In this document: in pieces, positions 24,064 to 35,930 of the stretch
Layout of the letters: each line of letters begins with the position of its first letter
Numbering within the stretch: the first letter of the stretch is position 1
DNA from: Cetorhinus maximus
Taxonomy: Eukaryota
Assembly (NCBI RefSeq): GCF_964194155.1
Contig: NC_135910.1
Coordinates: 20,460,001-20,524,000, forward strand
Reading direction: 5' to 3'
Length of the DNA stretch: 64,000 bases
Translations under genes and position numbers: made by a program
The notes under the pieces: generated by a model
Seen by the model: only the letters and a program-made list of their open reading frames with translations
Told to the model about the DNA's origin: nothing
The model's database searches: none

Positions 24064-25921
24064 GTGAGTCTGGGCGTCAGCAGGACATTTCACTGTGGAG
24101 AGCATACACAGTATCAGTATCACATCAGACTTGGGTGAGGCACTGGAGATCCAATCGAGGCATAACACAGTCTCATTCGGATGAGGAGGGAAGAAAATGG
24201 GATAAATATTTGAAAATAATTTTAAAAGGTCTGGGAAAGAGCAGAGGAATTGCATTAAATGGAAAGATCTTTCAGAGAGCCAGCACAGCACAATGGGTTG
24301 TGTGCTATCGTGCTGTGCTGTAAATTCTATAAAAGAAGAAACTTAAAATTTGCCAAGGAGATATAAATCTAGACATGGCCATTACCAGTACTAGTGGAGG
24401 GATATAATGCTGTCATTTTTTCTTGTATTTTAAGATAGGAATTGACCTTTATTTGAAACAAATGGATGGGTGCTGAAAAATAGTGCAGATGAAAAAAGTC
24501 ACATAAATATATTAAATGTTCACCTTGTAATATGTTCAATAGTAATTCCTAGGTTGTAAAACATAGCATGCTAGTTATCTGCTAACCACACATAGCAGGT
24601 TTCATATCTCCACCTCTGTGCCACAATCATCAATAACATACTTTTGCCTTTGCCATGCTCAGCATTCTTGGGAACACAATTTTAAAATTAAATAAATCAC
24701 AGTTTTTAGAATATAAGTATGCTATGTATAATGTATGTGTAGAAATCTATATATTACAATGAGGAACCAACACTCTGCAGTGAATGTAAAGTAATAATTC
24801 TCGGGGTACTCAAACATATTGATTTTATTCACTTTTGGTCTATAATTTTGTTAGAAGTGCATGACTGTATGTTTCAGAAAGACCATCACATAATGCATAG
24901 AATTCTCTTCCTCCAACAATCTACAGCCTTTTAAAACCCAAGCTTTGTTCCATCTGATCATTGTTTTTATAGTTTACCTGATTTTCTCTTCTGTTCTCTT
25001 CAACCCTGGTGGATTCAAATGACTGAGCCTTGGCCTTTCAGATAGTGTACCAGCAAACCATCAGCAGACCAACCCATACACACACATATACATAAACTGG
25101 TACAATACTACCCATTGTTTAGCTAAGAAGAGAAATTGTACAAAAGCTGATGAAGATGATGACTCAAATTTGACTTGGCTCAGTCCATCTCTCTCAATTT
25201 TACAATCCATAATGTAATCCAAATCCATTGTAGAAATAAAACTAAGATAGTCTAGGTTACTAGAACTAGTAATTTAACTCCAAATAAAAATTGCTAAAAT
25301 AGAGTGACCCTCTTTATATGTAATCCCAATCTCTCCCTCAAAGCCATTCATACAGCGTGAGAAATATTGGAAACACACACATATAATAAAAAGATGTATC
25401 ACAAGTCAAAAGAAGATGTTAAATTCACCATAGATTGCAATTTTAAAATAACATATTCCCAAGAAATGGCACTCTAATTCCTTTGTCTCACAATATTTCA
25501 ATCCAACTGCAGTTTGCAAAGGGTTAATCTGTCAGCTTCTCTCAGGTGTACTCTAAATACTAAATAAATATTTCAATACTCAATGACAACTTAGTGGGAG
25601 GGAGTCTTAGAAATATTTGACTGCAGCTCTTCATCCAAATTAAGAGACCTGACAGAATTCAAATAAAACGAGACTTGCGCCACAAAAAGTGCTTTGTTAT
25701 TGATTATTAATGTTATCTGACATGTCTATTATTTAAGCTGCTATATTTTAAAGGTTTTGTGAAGGTTTGAAGCCTCTGGAAGAAACTGTATACTTGTAAT
25801 GGAGGGTTAGCGTCTGCCACATTCGCAATCCCCGAGTATAAATTATCTTTTATTATTTAATAGACTTAAAGCAAACATTGAAATTTGACGGAGAAAGAGG
25901 ACAATTTGGAGCTTGTGTTAC

Positions 25922-26880
25922 CTTTGCAAAGAAACATTAATTGGGTTCAGTCAGCAGAGCTTTCAGCGAAAGGAGGCGGCTGCTCTGCACCAGCTTCGAT
26001 TAATCTTTAACACCTCTCTCCTTTCCCCACTCCTTTCTCCTTCTCTCTCTCTCTCCCGCCTCTCCGCTTCAACTGATGTTGAAGAGATCACCAGATCCGC
26101 AGTCTTCGATCATGGCAGGGAAAAAGAAAACGAAATAAATAAGAATCATTCAGACCTAGGAGGAAAGTGATCCTCCCGTGCGCCAATTTTTTGTAAAGAA
26201 TCCCATCCTCAGTGGAGAGAAAGGTCCAGTTCCTCGGTCTGAGTTGGCAACATTGAGGGTTTCAGCACCAGGGACAGCGCCACAGAGCCGCACAGCCACT
26301 CGCCCCAACAGCTCCTCCAGTGGGAAGCACTGGCTCCTGTGGGAAGGGCTAAAAACACAAGGAAGCCCAAGGATTCCGATCCTCAACAGTGCCCAACTCT
26401 AGAAGGAGCAGGGTCCATGAACCGCCAGGAGAAATCTCTCGCTCAGGAAGGATGCAGTCAGCTGCAGCAAAGAGAGGAACATCCTTATTTCACTCTGGCC
26501 CCCAGCACTGAGATCCTCATCAAAAGCCCCGGTAGCGATCACTACAGACAGACTCCACAGTCTCTCACTCCTGCCAGTACACAGACCGCTCCTAGCAGGG
26601 CTACACTGGCAGAGATGGGTGACCATCCAGATGTGCGCGTTTCACAGAAGCAGGTCGCAAACTCTCGGGATCCTACAGCTGCAGCAACATCTGCTAGAGC
26701 AGGTCTCCCCTCGGTGATCGCCTCCCCTCCAACAAATCCTGGCTACTTCAGCTCCGAGCTGAGAAGTGGTTTCTCCACATCATGTGCCCAAGTGGGACAG
26801 TGAAAAGCACAAACAGATTGGTGAAGATGCTCTATCCCGCTCCCTCTCTCTCTCTTCCTCACGTTCTGGCAATTACTGTT
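25922..26880 (-). other. Probable first exon (long, mostly or wholly 5'UTR) of an unidentified neuronal gene; 5' boundary uncertain
   Basis: Splice donor TTTGCAAAG|GTAACA at 25922/25921. The region is TE-free, CpG-retaining and GA-rich, with an internal RE1 and several short uORFs. Confidence 0.6.
26261..26281 (+). promoter_or_regulatory. RE1/NRSE (REST/NRSF binding site)
   Basis: TTCAGCACCAGGGACAGCGCC against the canonical TTCAGCACCACGGACAGCGCC: 20/21, with the one difference in the variable 2-nt spacer. Confidence 0.92.
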
Positions 26881-26919
26881 AGTCAACTGTGAAACCATCC
26901 GATAGTTGCACACACACCC

Positions 26920-27319
26920 NNNNNNNNNNNNNNNNNNNNNNNNNNNNNNNNNNNNNNNNNNNNNNNNNNNNNNNNNNNNNNNNNNNNNNNNNNNNNNNNN
27001 NNNNNNNNNNNNNNNNNNNNNNNNNNNNNNNNNNNNNNNNNNNNNNNNNNNNNNNNNNNNNNNNNNNNNNNNNNNNNNNNNNNNNNNNNNNNNNNNNNNN
27101 NNNNNNNNNNNNNNNNNNNNNNNNNNNNNNNNNNNNNNNNNNNNNNNNNNNNNNNNNNNNNNNNNNNNNNNNNNNNNNNNNNNNNNNNNNNNNNNNNNNN
27201 NNNNNNNNNNNNNNNNNNNNNNNNNNNNNNNNNNNNNNNNNNNNNNNNNNNNNNNNNNNNNNNNNNNNNNNNNNNNNNNNNNNNNNNNNNNNNNNNNNNN
27301 NNNNNNNNNNNNNNNNNNN
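26920..27319. other. Assembly gap (400 N) flanked by CA/C-rich simple sequence
   Basis: Run of N between cacacaccc and ccccccaccccccc. Confidence 1.
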
Positions 27320-27452
27320 CCCCCCACCCCCCCCACACACAGATATAGAAAAAAAGAGCAAGCTTGCCTGGTAGAAACACTGAAGGAAAGGGGTTTTAAT
27401 CTGCAGCAGCAAATCACACAGGCAACGCACAGTGGGAGTGACTGAGCGTCTC

Positions 27453-27476
27453 ATGCATATGAATCAGGGACACGTG
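27453..27476. promoter_or_regulatory. POU MORE-like site plus E-box in the putative promoter
   Basis: ATGCATATGAAT (27453-27464; 11/12 to ATGCATATGCAT) and CACGTG (27471-27476). Confidence 0.45.
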
Positions 27477-27639
27477 CCACAGCCCAGTAAAAGTCAAAGG
27501 GCAAACTCCCCACTGCCTGTTACAAGCATATTCTGATAAGCTTTGTTTTTAAAAGGTGGGAAGCAATGCAGACTTGTGTATCATGTGCTGGGGGTGAGTT
27601 TGGCTACTTATCTCACTGAAGTATCTTCACTCCCTTCTT

Positions 27640-28225
27640 CTCTCAGCCTCTGCACCAAATTACTTTCCTCAGTGATTGCAAACTCCACTTGGACTCAGAA
27701 TGTCCTGGCTCCTCTGAGTTTACTGAATCCCCCCCTTAATCTCTCCTCCATTTAAACAAACTGACTCATATTCATGGCCACCCCTTCATTCTTGCCATCT
27801 CGCATGGTTTCATTCCTCTAATGAAATCAATTAGAGATAAGGCAATCTCTGATTACTTCCTTGTATTACTCTCCACCCATTTCCTACTTCATCCCAATCC
27901 TACTTCCTTTTATGCTCACCCTGGAAAAGCACTCTCTCCAATTTACTGATAACCGCACTTTCAAAATCCCAACTAGCCTTTGGCCCCCTATTCACCACAA
28001 TATTTCCATAGCCACTGCTCGACCACACCCTCACTTCCACCTTTGATGCCCTCGTCATCATTAAAACCATTACTCTCTCTCTCACCCCAACTGTTCATCC
28101 TGGTACAACTCTCATCACTGTTTCCTTAAGTCTAAGGAACGCAGGCTTGAATGGGTATGGTAGAGCCGTTCACAACCAGGTCTGGCTGAGCCACATAAAG
28201 CACTATTGGGTCCTGTTCTCACCTA
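27640..28225 (+). mobile_element. Old L2-type LINE remnant
   Basis: Pyrimidine-rich decayed coding sequence ending ...cctggtacaactctcat..ccttaagtctaaggaacgcaggcttgaa (PWYN..LKSKERRLE), an L2 linker-like motif. Confidence 0.55.
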
Positions 28226-28854
28226 ACATGTATTTAGAATGGCTCTTGCCAGTACTTCCTTAGGTAGCCCAGTCTTTAATCCATGCTCATTGTGGAATCC
28301 ACCTAGCCAAGGTTTGGTCGCTGACATGTATTATACTGATCAAAACTCTGTTTCTATCTTTGGTCTTCTAGCCAGGTTGTTGGGTGAGGATAGCATTGAG
28401 TGCAGCTGTAATTTCCAATGATTGAAAAGCTTGTCAATCCTCATTGGGTTCAAAGAGCAGCCACAGATTGCCAGTCCTTCAGGAGCAGGAGGAAGAAAAT
28501 TGAAACTAAAAAAGCTTCTGTTCAGTTCAACTCTCAATAAGCCTGGAGGAGAAGGTTGGCAGTAGAGAGGGAGGTTGTGTTTTCACCTGATCTATACAGG
28601 CCAGCAATGCAGTTTTCCCACTGCATCATGTGAATATTAAAGACATATGCTATTTTTGAAGAGCTCTCCAAGTCAAAATTGCTCCCAAAAACCATTGGAT
28701 GTCAAGTACTTCGAGAGGTGGTAAAACACTAAATCAATACATGTCCCTTTCTTTCTACTTTTCAAAGGCTGGCAAGATTAGTGCAGTGGCATCCCTAGAG
28801 AGGAACTTGAATCCACAAACTTCTGATTCAGTGACTTCAGCACACACACTCTAG

Positions 28855-29125
28855 CCCAGTATTCAGGAGTGCAACACTGTTTGAGGTGTTGTCTTTCAGC
28901 TGATGTTAAACCAAGGCCATATCTGCTTTCTTGGTCTAAAAGATCCCGTGGCATTATTTGAAGATTAGGGCAGTTCTGGTGTCCTGGTCAACATCATCTC
29001 TCAATCAACATCACTAAAATCGATTATCCCGCTATGTACAAATTGTAACAGTGATTACAATACAGCCAATAAAGTACATTTGAAAAGTGACTTGGAACTT
29101 ATGAAAGATGCTTTTGCAATCCAAA
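28855..29125 (+). mobile_element. Deu-domain SINE fragment
   Basis: gtctttcagctgatgttaaaccaagg..aaagatcccgtggcattatttgaaga..gtgtcctggtcaacat. Confidence 0.7.
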
Positions 29126-29710
29126 TCCTATTTGTCCTTTTTATATTTTTCAAGAACTTCTTGACTGAAAAGGTGAGCAGTGGGGATTTTCATACTTAAA
29201 AATGAGCACTTCTGATGAGAAAAGCTGTAAAGAAACAATAACGGCAGGCAGTTTAGGATGAAAAAAAGACAAGCAGATTGTTTAAAAACAGAAGGAAACT
29301 CACAGCAAGCTAAGAATGTCTTTGGTCTTGGAATGAGTCTAACTGAGGTTCTACTTTCTTGGTAGTTAAACATTTTGGTTCATATTGGGAGGATCTATCT
29401 ACTGAACCCTGTAAAACAGGGAGACTTTAAGATGGGTTAGTAGATCAAGGTGTTGCAGAGTATAATGCAGAGCCATAGAAGCCATAAGGTGGCAGTTAAC
29501 TGATCTCACCTGGGGCAGTGGAAGGAGCAATATAATTGACCTCAATAGCTGTGGGCTATGGAGTGGGAAGATTGGCCAGAGATCCTGTTCCTAATGGATA
29601 TCCAGCCACTTTTACTGGAAAGTTTGTCTGTTTGGCTATCAGTTTATTTCAGGATCAGATGTGGGTGGCTGTGATGCCTGCCATGGTTAGATAGTTTGCT
29701 GACGATCCCT

Positions 29711-31528
29711 TTAAGACCATAAGACCATAAGACATAGGAACAGAAATTAGGCCATTCGGCCCTCGAGTCTGCTCCGCCATTCAATCATGGCTGATAAGTT
29801 TCTCAACCCCATTCTCCCGCCTTCTCCCCGTAACCTTTGATCACCTTACCAATCAAGAACCTATCTATCTCGGTCTTAAATACACTCAATGACCTGGCCT
29901 CCACAGCCTTCTGTGGCAATGAATTCCATAGATTCACCACTCTCTGGCTAAAGAAGTTTCTCCTCATCTCTGTTCTAAAAGGTCATCCCTTTACTCTGAG
30001 GCTGTGCCCTTGGGTCCTAGTCTCTCCTACTAATGGAAACATCTTCCCCACATCCACTCTATCCAGGCCTTTCAGTATTCTGTAAGTTTCAATCAGATCC
30101 CCCCTCATCTTTCTAAACTCCATCGAGTATAGACCCAGAGTCCTCAAACATTCCTCATATGTTAAGCCTTTCATTCCCGGGATCATTCTCGTGAACCTCC
30201 TCTGGACCCTCTCCAAGCCAGCACATCCTTCCTGAGATACGGAGCCCAAAATTGCTCACAATATTCTAAATGTGGTCTGACTAGAGCCTTATAAAGCCTC
30301 AGCAGCACATCCCTGCTTTTATATTCTAGTCCTCTTGAAATAAATGCCAACATTGCATTTGCCTTCCTAACTACCGACTCAACCTGCAAGTTAACCTTAA
30401 GAGAATCCTGGACTAGGACTCCCAAGTCCCTTTGCACTCCATATTTCTGAATTCTCTCCCCATTTAGAATATAGTCTATGCCTCTATTCTTCCTACCAAA
30501 GTGCATGACCTCACACTTCCCCATGTTGTATTCCATCTGCCACTTCTTTGCCCATTCTCCTAACCTGTCCAAATTCTTCTGCAGCCTCCCCACCTCCTCA
30601 ATACTACCTGTCCCACCACCTATCTTTGTATCATCTGCAAACTTAGCCAGAATGCCCTCAATTCCTTCATCTAGATCATTAATGTATAAAGTGAAAAGTT
30701 GTGGTCCCAACACTGACCCCTGCGGAACTCTCCACTAGTCACCAGCTGCCATCCTGAGAAGGACCCCCTTATCCCCACTCTCTGCCTCCTGCCAGACAGC
30801 CAATCTTCTATCCATGCTAGTACCTTGCCTCTAACGCCATGGGCTCTTATCTTACTGAGCAGCCTTCTGTGCAGCACCTTGTCAAAGACCTTCTGGAAGT
30901 CCAAGTAGATAACATCCATTGGCTCTCCTTTGTCTAACCTACTTGTTACCTTCTCAAAGAATTCTAACAGATTTGTCAGACATGACCTCCCTTTGATGAA
31001 ACCATGCTGACTTTGCCCTATTTTACCATGCACTTCCAAGTATTCTGAAATCTCATCCTTAATAATGGACTCTAAAATCTTACCAACGACCGAGGTCAGG
31101 CTAATTGGCCTGTAATTTCCCGTCTTTTGCCTCACTCCCTTCTTAAACACCATACTCACCTCTGCCCCCCGACTCTATTGAACTTTGGGGATGTTATCGT
31201 GTCTTCCACCGTGAAGACTGACACAAAGTACCTATTCAGTTCCTCCGCCATTTCTTTGTTCCCCACTACTACTTATCCAGCGTCATTTTCCAGCGGCCCA
31301 ATGTCCACCTTTGCCTCTTTCTTACCCTTTATATATCTAAAAAAAACTCTTGCAATCTTCTTTTATATTACTGGCTAGTTTACCCTCATATTTAATCTTC
31401 TCCCTCCTTATTTCTTTTTTAGTTGTCCTTTGTTGGTCTTTATAGTCTTCCCAATCCCCTGGTTTCCCACTGCTCTTCGCCGCATTGTATGCTTTCCCTT
31501 TAGCTTTTATGCTGTCCCTGACTTCCCT
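29711..31528 (-). mobile_element. Relatively young 1.8-kb CR1/HER1-type LINE, 5'-truncated, frameshifted, internal deletion near 31150
   Basis: NYRPISLTSVVGKILE..QHGFIKGRSCLTNLLEFFE..YLDFQKVFDKV..LGPQLFTLYINDL..KFADDTK; 3' tail (TTATGGTC)n read as taagacca repeats at 29712-29732. Confidence 0.97.
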
Positions 31529-34500
31529 TGTAGGCTGAGATAAGGAAAATGCTAATAAATAGCCCATTCAGGAGGAGGGTGAAAAGAGAAAGAGAGGGAG
31601 TTTTTTTTAAAAGAAGTAGGGCAACTGGAAGATACTGGTTCTCAGATATATATCTATCCTTCGGGGAGGACCGAGTAATGCTACATGTATTCAACCTCCA
31701 ATGCATTCATTTTTTAAATTGTATATAAACAGAGTTTATGTAGAGTGAAGGAAGAGTGACTATTGACCACACCTTCTGTTTTTCAACAGTTTCATTTGTA
31801 TAAATTGTTTATATCCAGTGTATCGTGGTTTTCTGTACTGTCCTATTCCTCAGTGCTCCCACAGCCAGGTAGCAGCAACCTTCCATTGCTATCCACTGGG
31901 TTAATGCAGCTGACAAGCACTGCGGCTCAGACTATGGTAAAACAAAACGTTTCTAGTCTTTATGGCCTGAAAGTGCTGAGTTTTGCTGGGATGCAGGTAG
32001 ATAGACATAGGCAACTCTCTGCTGCCTTATCCATATGTCCTTCTTGTGAGTGTTGATGATGATTGCCCAAGCTTTTTTAATCATGGAGGGTATCAGAGCT
32101 GAACCTAAGGCCATTCTTATCAACATGCACACCCAGTTGTTTCCAGCAGGAGACACTAGAGAGCGCACAGAATCTCTAGTTGATTTAGTTCCCCCTCCTT
32201 AACGCAATGTCATTCAGGTCAATTATAATACCCCTGTTGTTTCCCCAGCTGAGAAAAGTAACTCAGAAATAGACCAGGTCTTTGTGGTCTATTGTGGCTT
32301 AATTCGCATGGCATAATGCCTTTATCAAATAGGTCAGTAATAGCTAGCTATATCAAAGGCTGTTGCCGTGGTTGTGGTTCTAGTGTAAGGTTGGAAACAT
32401 TGGTCATAAATTCAAAATCCCATCATGGCAAATTGTGATATTAAAAGTAATTTGTGGGTCGGAGAGAATGTCTGAAAAAGCTGCTGGATTATTGTCCAAA
32501 CCCAACTGGTGAACTAATGGAGCCTGTCATCACACGTGATTTTAAACTTTACCCTTATTGTCCTCTGAAGTGGCCTTACTCAATTGTAAAAACCAATTGT
32601 TTTGCAAGGTTCCACATACCTTTTTTAAAGGGGTACATAGGGATGGATCATAAATACAGTCTTGCTAGGATCAATCACGACCTAAGAACATTTTTTCAAA
32701 AGAATTAAAGCCAAGAGAAATGATAATTGATTGGTAAATGGTTCTGCTAGGTGTTAAAGATCACGTTCTAACACTCAAAGAATGGCAAGAGATTCTCTTT
32801 ATCAGTTCAGTAGGAAGGAAGGTTTTTAACTTTGAGATCACATGTTGGTGGGGCCTCATTTCTGCTCCCCACTTTATTTAAATTCATAGAGATTGATCCC
32901 TGGTTTATTTGCATGTGATTCACAGCCGCAATGCTCTTGTTTTTTTGAATGGCTATTTTAAGTAAGTTCTGGGGAGGCCTCAAAACAACACATTGAAGAT
33001 CAGTCCTCTAAGCTGAGCCTGTTTGATCTTCCAATGTTGTATTATTGCTGCCTTTCCAGACCAGCCCCCCTCCTGTTCTTGTATTATCGATGATGCGATG
33101 TTTCCTCACTGCAGCTTGCTGCTTTCTCTGGCATCACTTTTGCCTGCTGCAGTATTCCTGCAGTCAACAGTTACCCCATCAATTACAGCTGCACTACTCA
33201 ATTTGGGCATTGCATTGGAACTGTCCTGAAATTGGAGGACAAAGTGGGGTTGCAACAGATAGGAACAACAGGCTCACTTGCCTGTCAAGTGTCTGGCACG
33301 CACCCACAATTGGCCCAGGAACTACCCTCTCCCACCCAAGCACAACAACATGTCACGTTTGATACACTCCTGGTTGTGATACCTGCTGTAGCCTGACCTG
33401 CAGAGAGGCCAAGATAACTTTCAACTTCTCTTTCACTGGGTCATTCCGATCCATCACTGGTGATATTTTCAGATGATGCTTTGGCAACAAAAGTCACTGA
33501 ACTTCAAAGTTTATTTTATGTGAATCCGGTTTGAGATGCCCATTAGGGAGATGATGTAATGCTGTATAAACGTGTGTAACACTTATTCACTTACATTTTT
33601 TCATACATAGAAACCTGAAGATATTAGATTACTTATTCAAAAAGCTTCTGAAATGCACACAATAAGTCTTCCCAGTATTTTATCAGTCGTGTACATTTCT
33701 GTACCATATGGAAGATTCTCTGCCTTAATCTTTCTAAACAGTTATCTTGTTGATTTCCTGAGCTCCTGGTCTCAGTCCAATGGTTACTAGCTGAATCAAT
33801 TAAGGAGCCACTCATTAAAGAGGGAAAAATGCTTCAGAGCAATTTCACAGAATTTTGTAAAGTGGAAAAATTGCTAACTTATTTTTATCTTTTGCTTTGA
33901 ACTACACTATTCTTGTGACCTAAAGTTAAAAGAAAGCCTAGATAAATATAATTAGGCTTGGAATCCCAATGGATCAAACCCCTTTCCCATTCACTCGCAT
34001 TGTGCAGTGTCCTAATGGTTAAGGTTCTTGGCAGCTGTAACTGGATTGTGGCCACCATCAGTTCTTTAGCATTTTGTGCGGTCTCATTAGAAGCTCATCC
34101 CTTACTCCTAGTTATTCATCATTCATTGCAGGCAGCAATCCAAACAAAGCTATTTTAAAATCTCTTTTAAGAGTTTGTTTATAATTGATTATAAATAACA
34201 ATTAAATGATTCACTCATTTTGACATTGCAACATTAAAAATGACCCCAGCTAAGTTTATCTCAAATTTTATTTCTTGAATGATACAAATTAGTTCTGCTT
34301 TAAATGACAATATTTCTAATCCTACCTTCAATTAAATGTTATTTTGTGTGACTAACTTGCGTATGGTTATTTTGTATAACGGGAACCTGTTGAAGTCGTG
34401 GCAGAAACTATTTTTGCCATGAAACATATAATTGGGACATAAAAATGATACCTCTTTGTGCCTCTCCCTGACACTGAACAGAGCCACAAGGAACAGAAGG

Positions 34501-34559
34501 AGCCCAGGTTCCATACCCGCTTTGTGGTGACACAATGTTTAGATGGAGCAGCAATCGAA

Positions 34560-34865
34560 CCCCTCAGTGCTTTGTGCTAGACTGTCAAAAATCAGTCAAT
34601 GCTTCTTCTGGTGGCAGGCACTCTCTGTCCACTCAAGTGGATTTATGGCATTATTCTTAAAGCATGAAATTCTCCCGGTATCCTGATTAACATTCCTCCC
34701 TCGACCACCACCAATCATAGATTATCTGTTCATTTGTTCGTGGGACCTTGCTGCACACAAACTGACTGCCATGTTTGCCTACATAATTGCACTTTAAAAA
34801 TTATCCATTGGCTGTAAGGCATTGTGAGGACATGATGGAGTGATACATGATGCAGATTATTTCTT
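34560..34865 (+). mobile_element. Deu-domain SINE, degenerate
   Basis: tctcccggtatcctgattaacattcctccctc..tgggaccttgctgcacacaaactgactgcc..ttggctgtaaggca. Confidence 0.7.
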
Positions 34866-35930
34866 ATTCAAATGGAAAATCTTCTTAATGGTGGAAAACA
34901 CTAAAAAAGAAAGCCAGTTTTCTCCAGTTTTTTTTTGATCTGACCAAGAATCCAGTTAGCCTCCAACTGACCTTATGATGCCCAAGTTTATAACATTTGA
35001 AACCTTGTAGCCTAAAGTGAAATAGATCAAGCGTAAAGACGGACTAATGCACGGTGTGTTACTCAGCATAACATTTCTGTCCTTAAAAAAGTGCATCCTC
35101 TGACTTAATGCAAGTTAAAACATGTGTTCCATTAGTATTTATGTATAATATATTTTTTAAAATTCATGCACTTCCTGTCGGCTTTTATGTTATAAATTCT
35201 CATGTTCGCATTTATAATGGAAATACACCATGTAAACTTCTCATGCTGTAATTACATCCTCCCACCAATGGAGACATTGCAGCATCACCATAAGTGTGAG
35301 ACTAATTGTACACTCCTCAATGTATATTTAGCTTAGGAATATGTAATGAGAAAATAAGGACATAATGTATGACTCGAATATGAGGATAGTTTGCACCCTG
35401 GTCCAATAATCCCCTCATCTCACCTAAAGCTACATTGGTCTTTGCTCCCAACTGTAATTTCATGAGATTAACTAGTGCCTCTGTAGGTAAATTATTAAAA
35501 TACATTTATCTGGGAGTGGAACATTTAAATTATTAAAACTCTATTACCTTACATATTCATTTATTTTAATGTAAAATATCTTACATTTGAAGAATCACAT
35601 TCTTCATGTTTATTTTAAAGTAATTAATGTTTTTCTAAGTTTTAATGGCTTGCTCTTTGAGCATTTAAGAGTGGATCTTGACGTCCAAAGTGAGAAGGAT
35701 TCCATTCTTAGCATGACATCCCATCTAGCTAAACTGAAAAATGTTCAAGAGTAAACTTCAAGAGATACTTCAACATTAATGAAGCAAATACAGTCCAGCA
35801 TTATATCACACTCTGTACAAAGTGAAATATGAGCTATAATATTTAAAACACCAAATCCCTGGTTAGAAAGTAGCCTAATTATATGTCCAGTTCCAGTCAC
35901 CAAGAAATAAGGAGATAGATTTCGACATGG

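Noticed and set aside
26071-26113. Minus-strand MIED.. start reminiscent of dystrobrevin
   Set aside because: Similarity is limited to the first few residues and the frame stops after 14 codons; treated as a uORF.
26339-26803. 154-aa plus-strand ORF in the promoter island
   Set aside because: No recognisable domain, and it is antisense to the exon indicated by the splice donor; expected by chance in GC-richer DNA.
26743-27454. Long ORFs in several frames
   Set aside because: Artefacts of translating through the 400-N gap.
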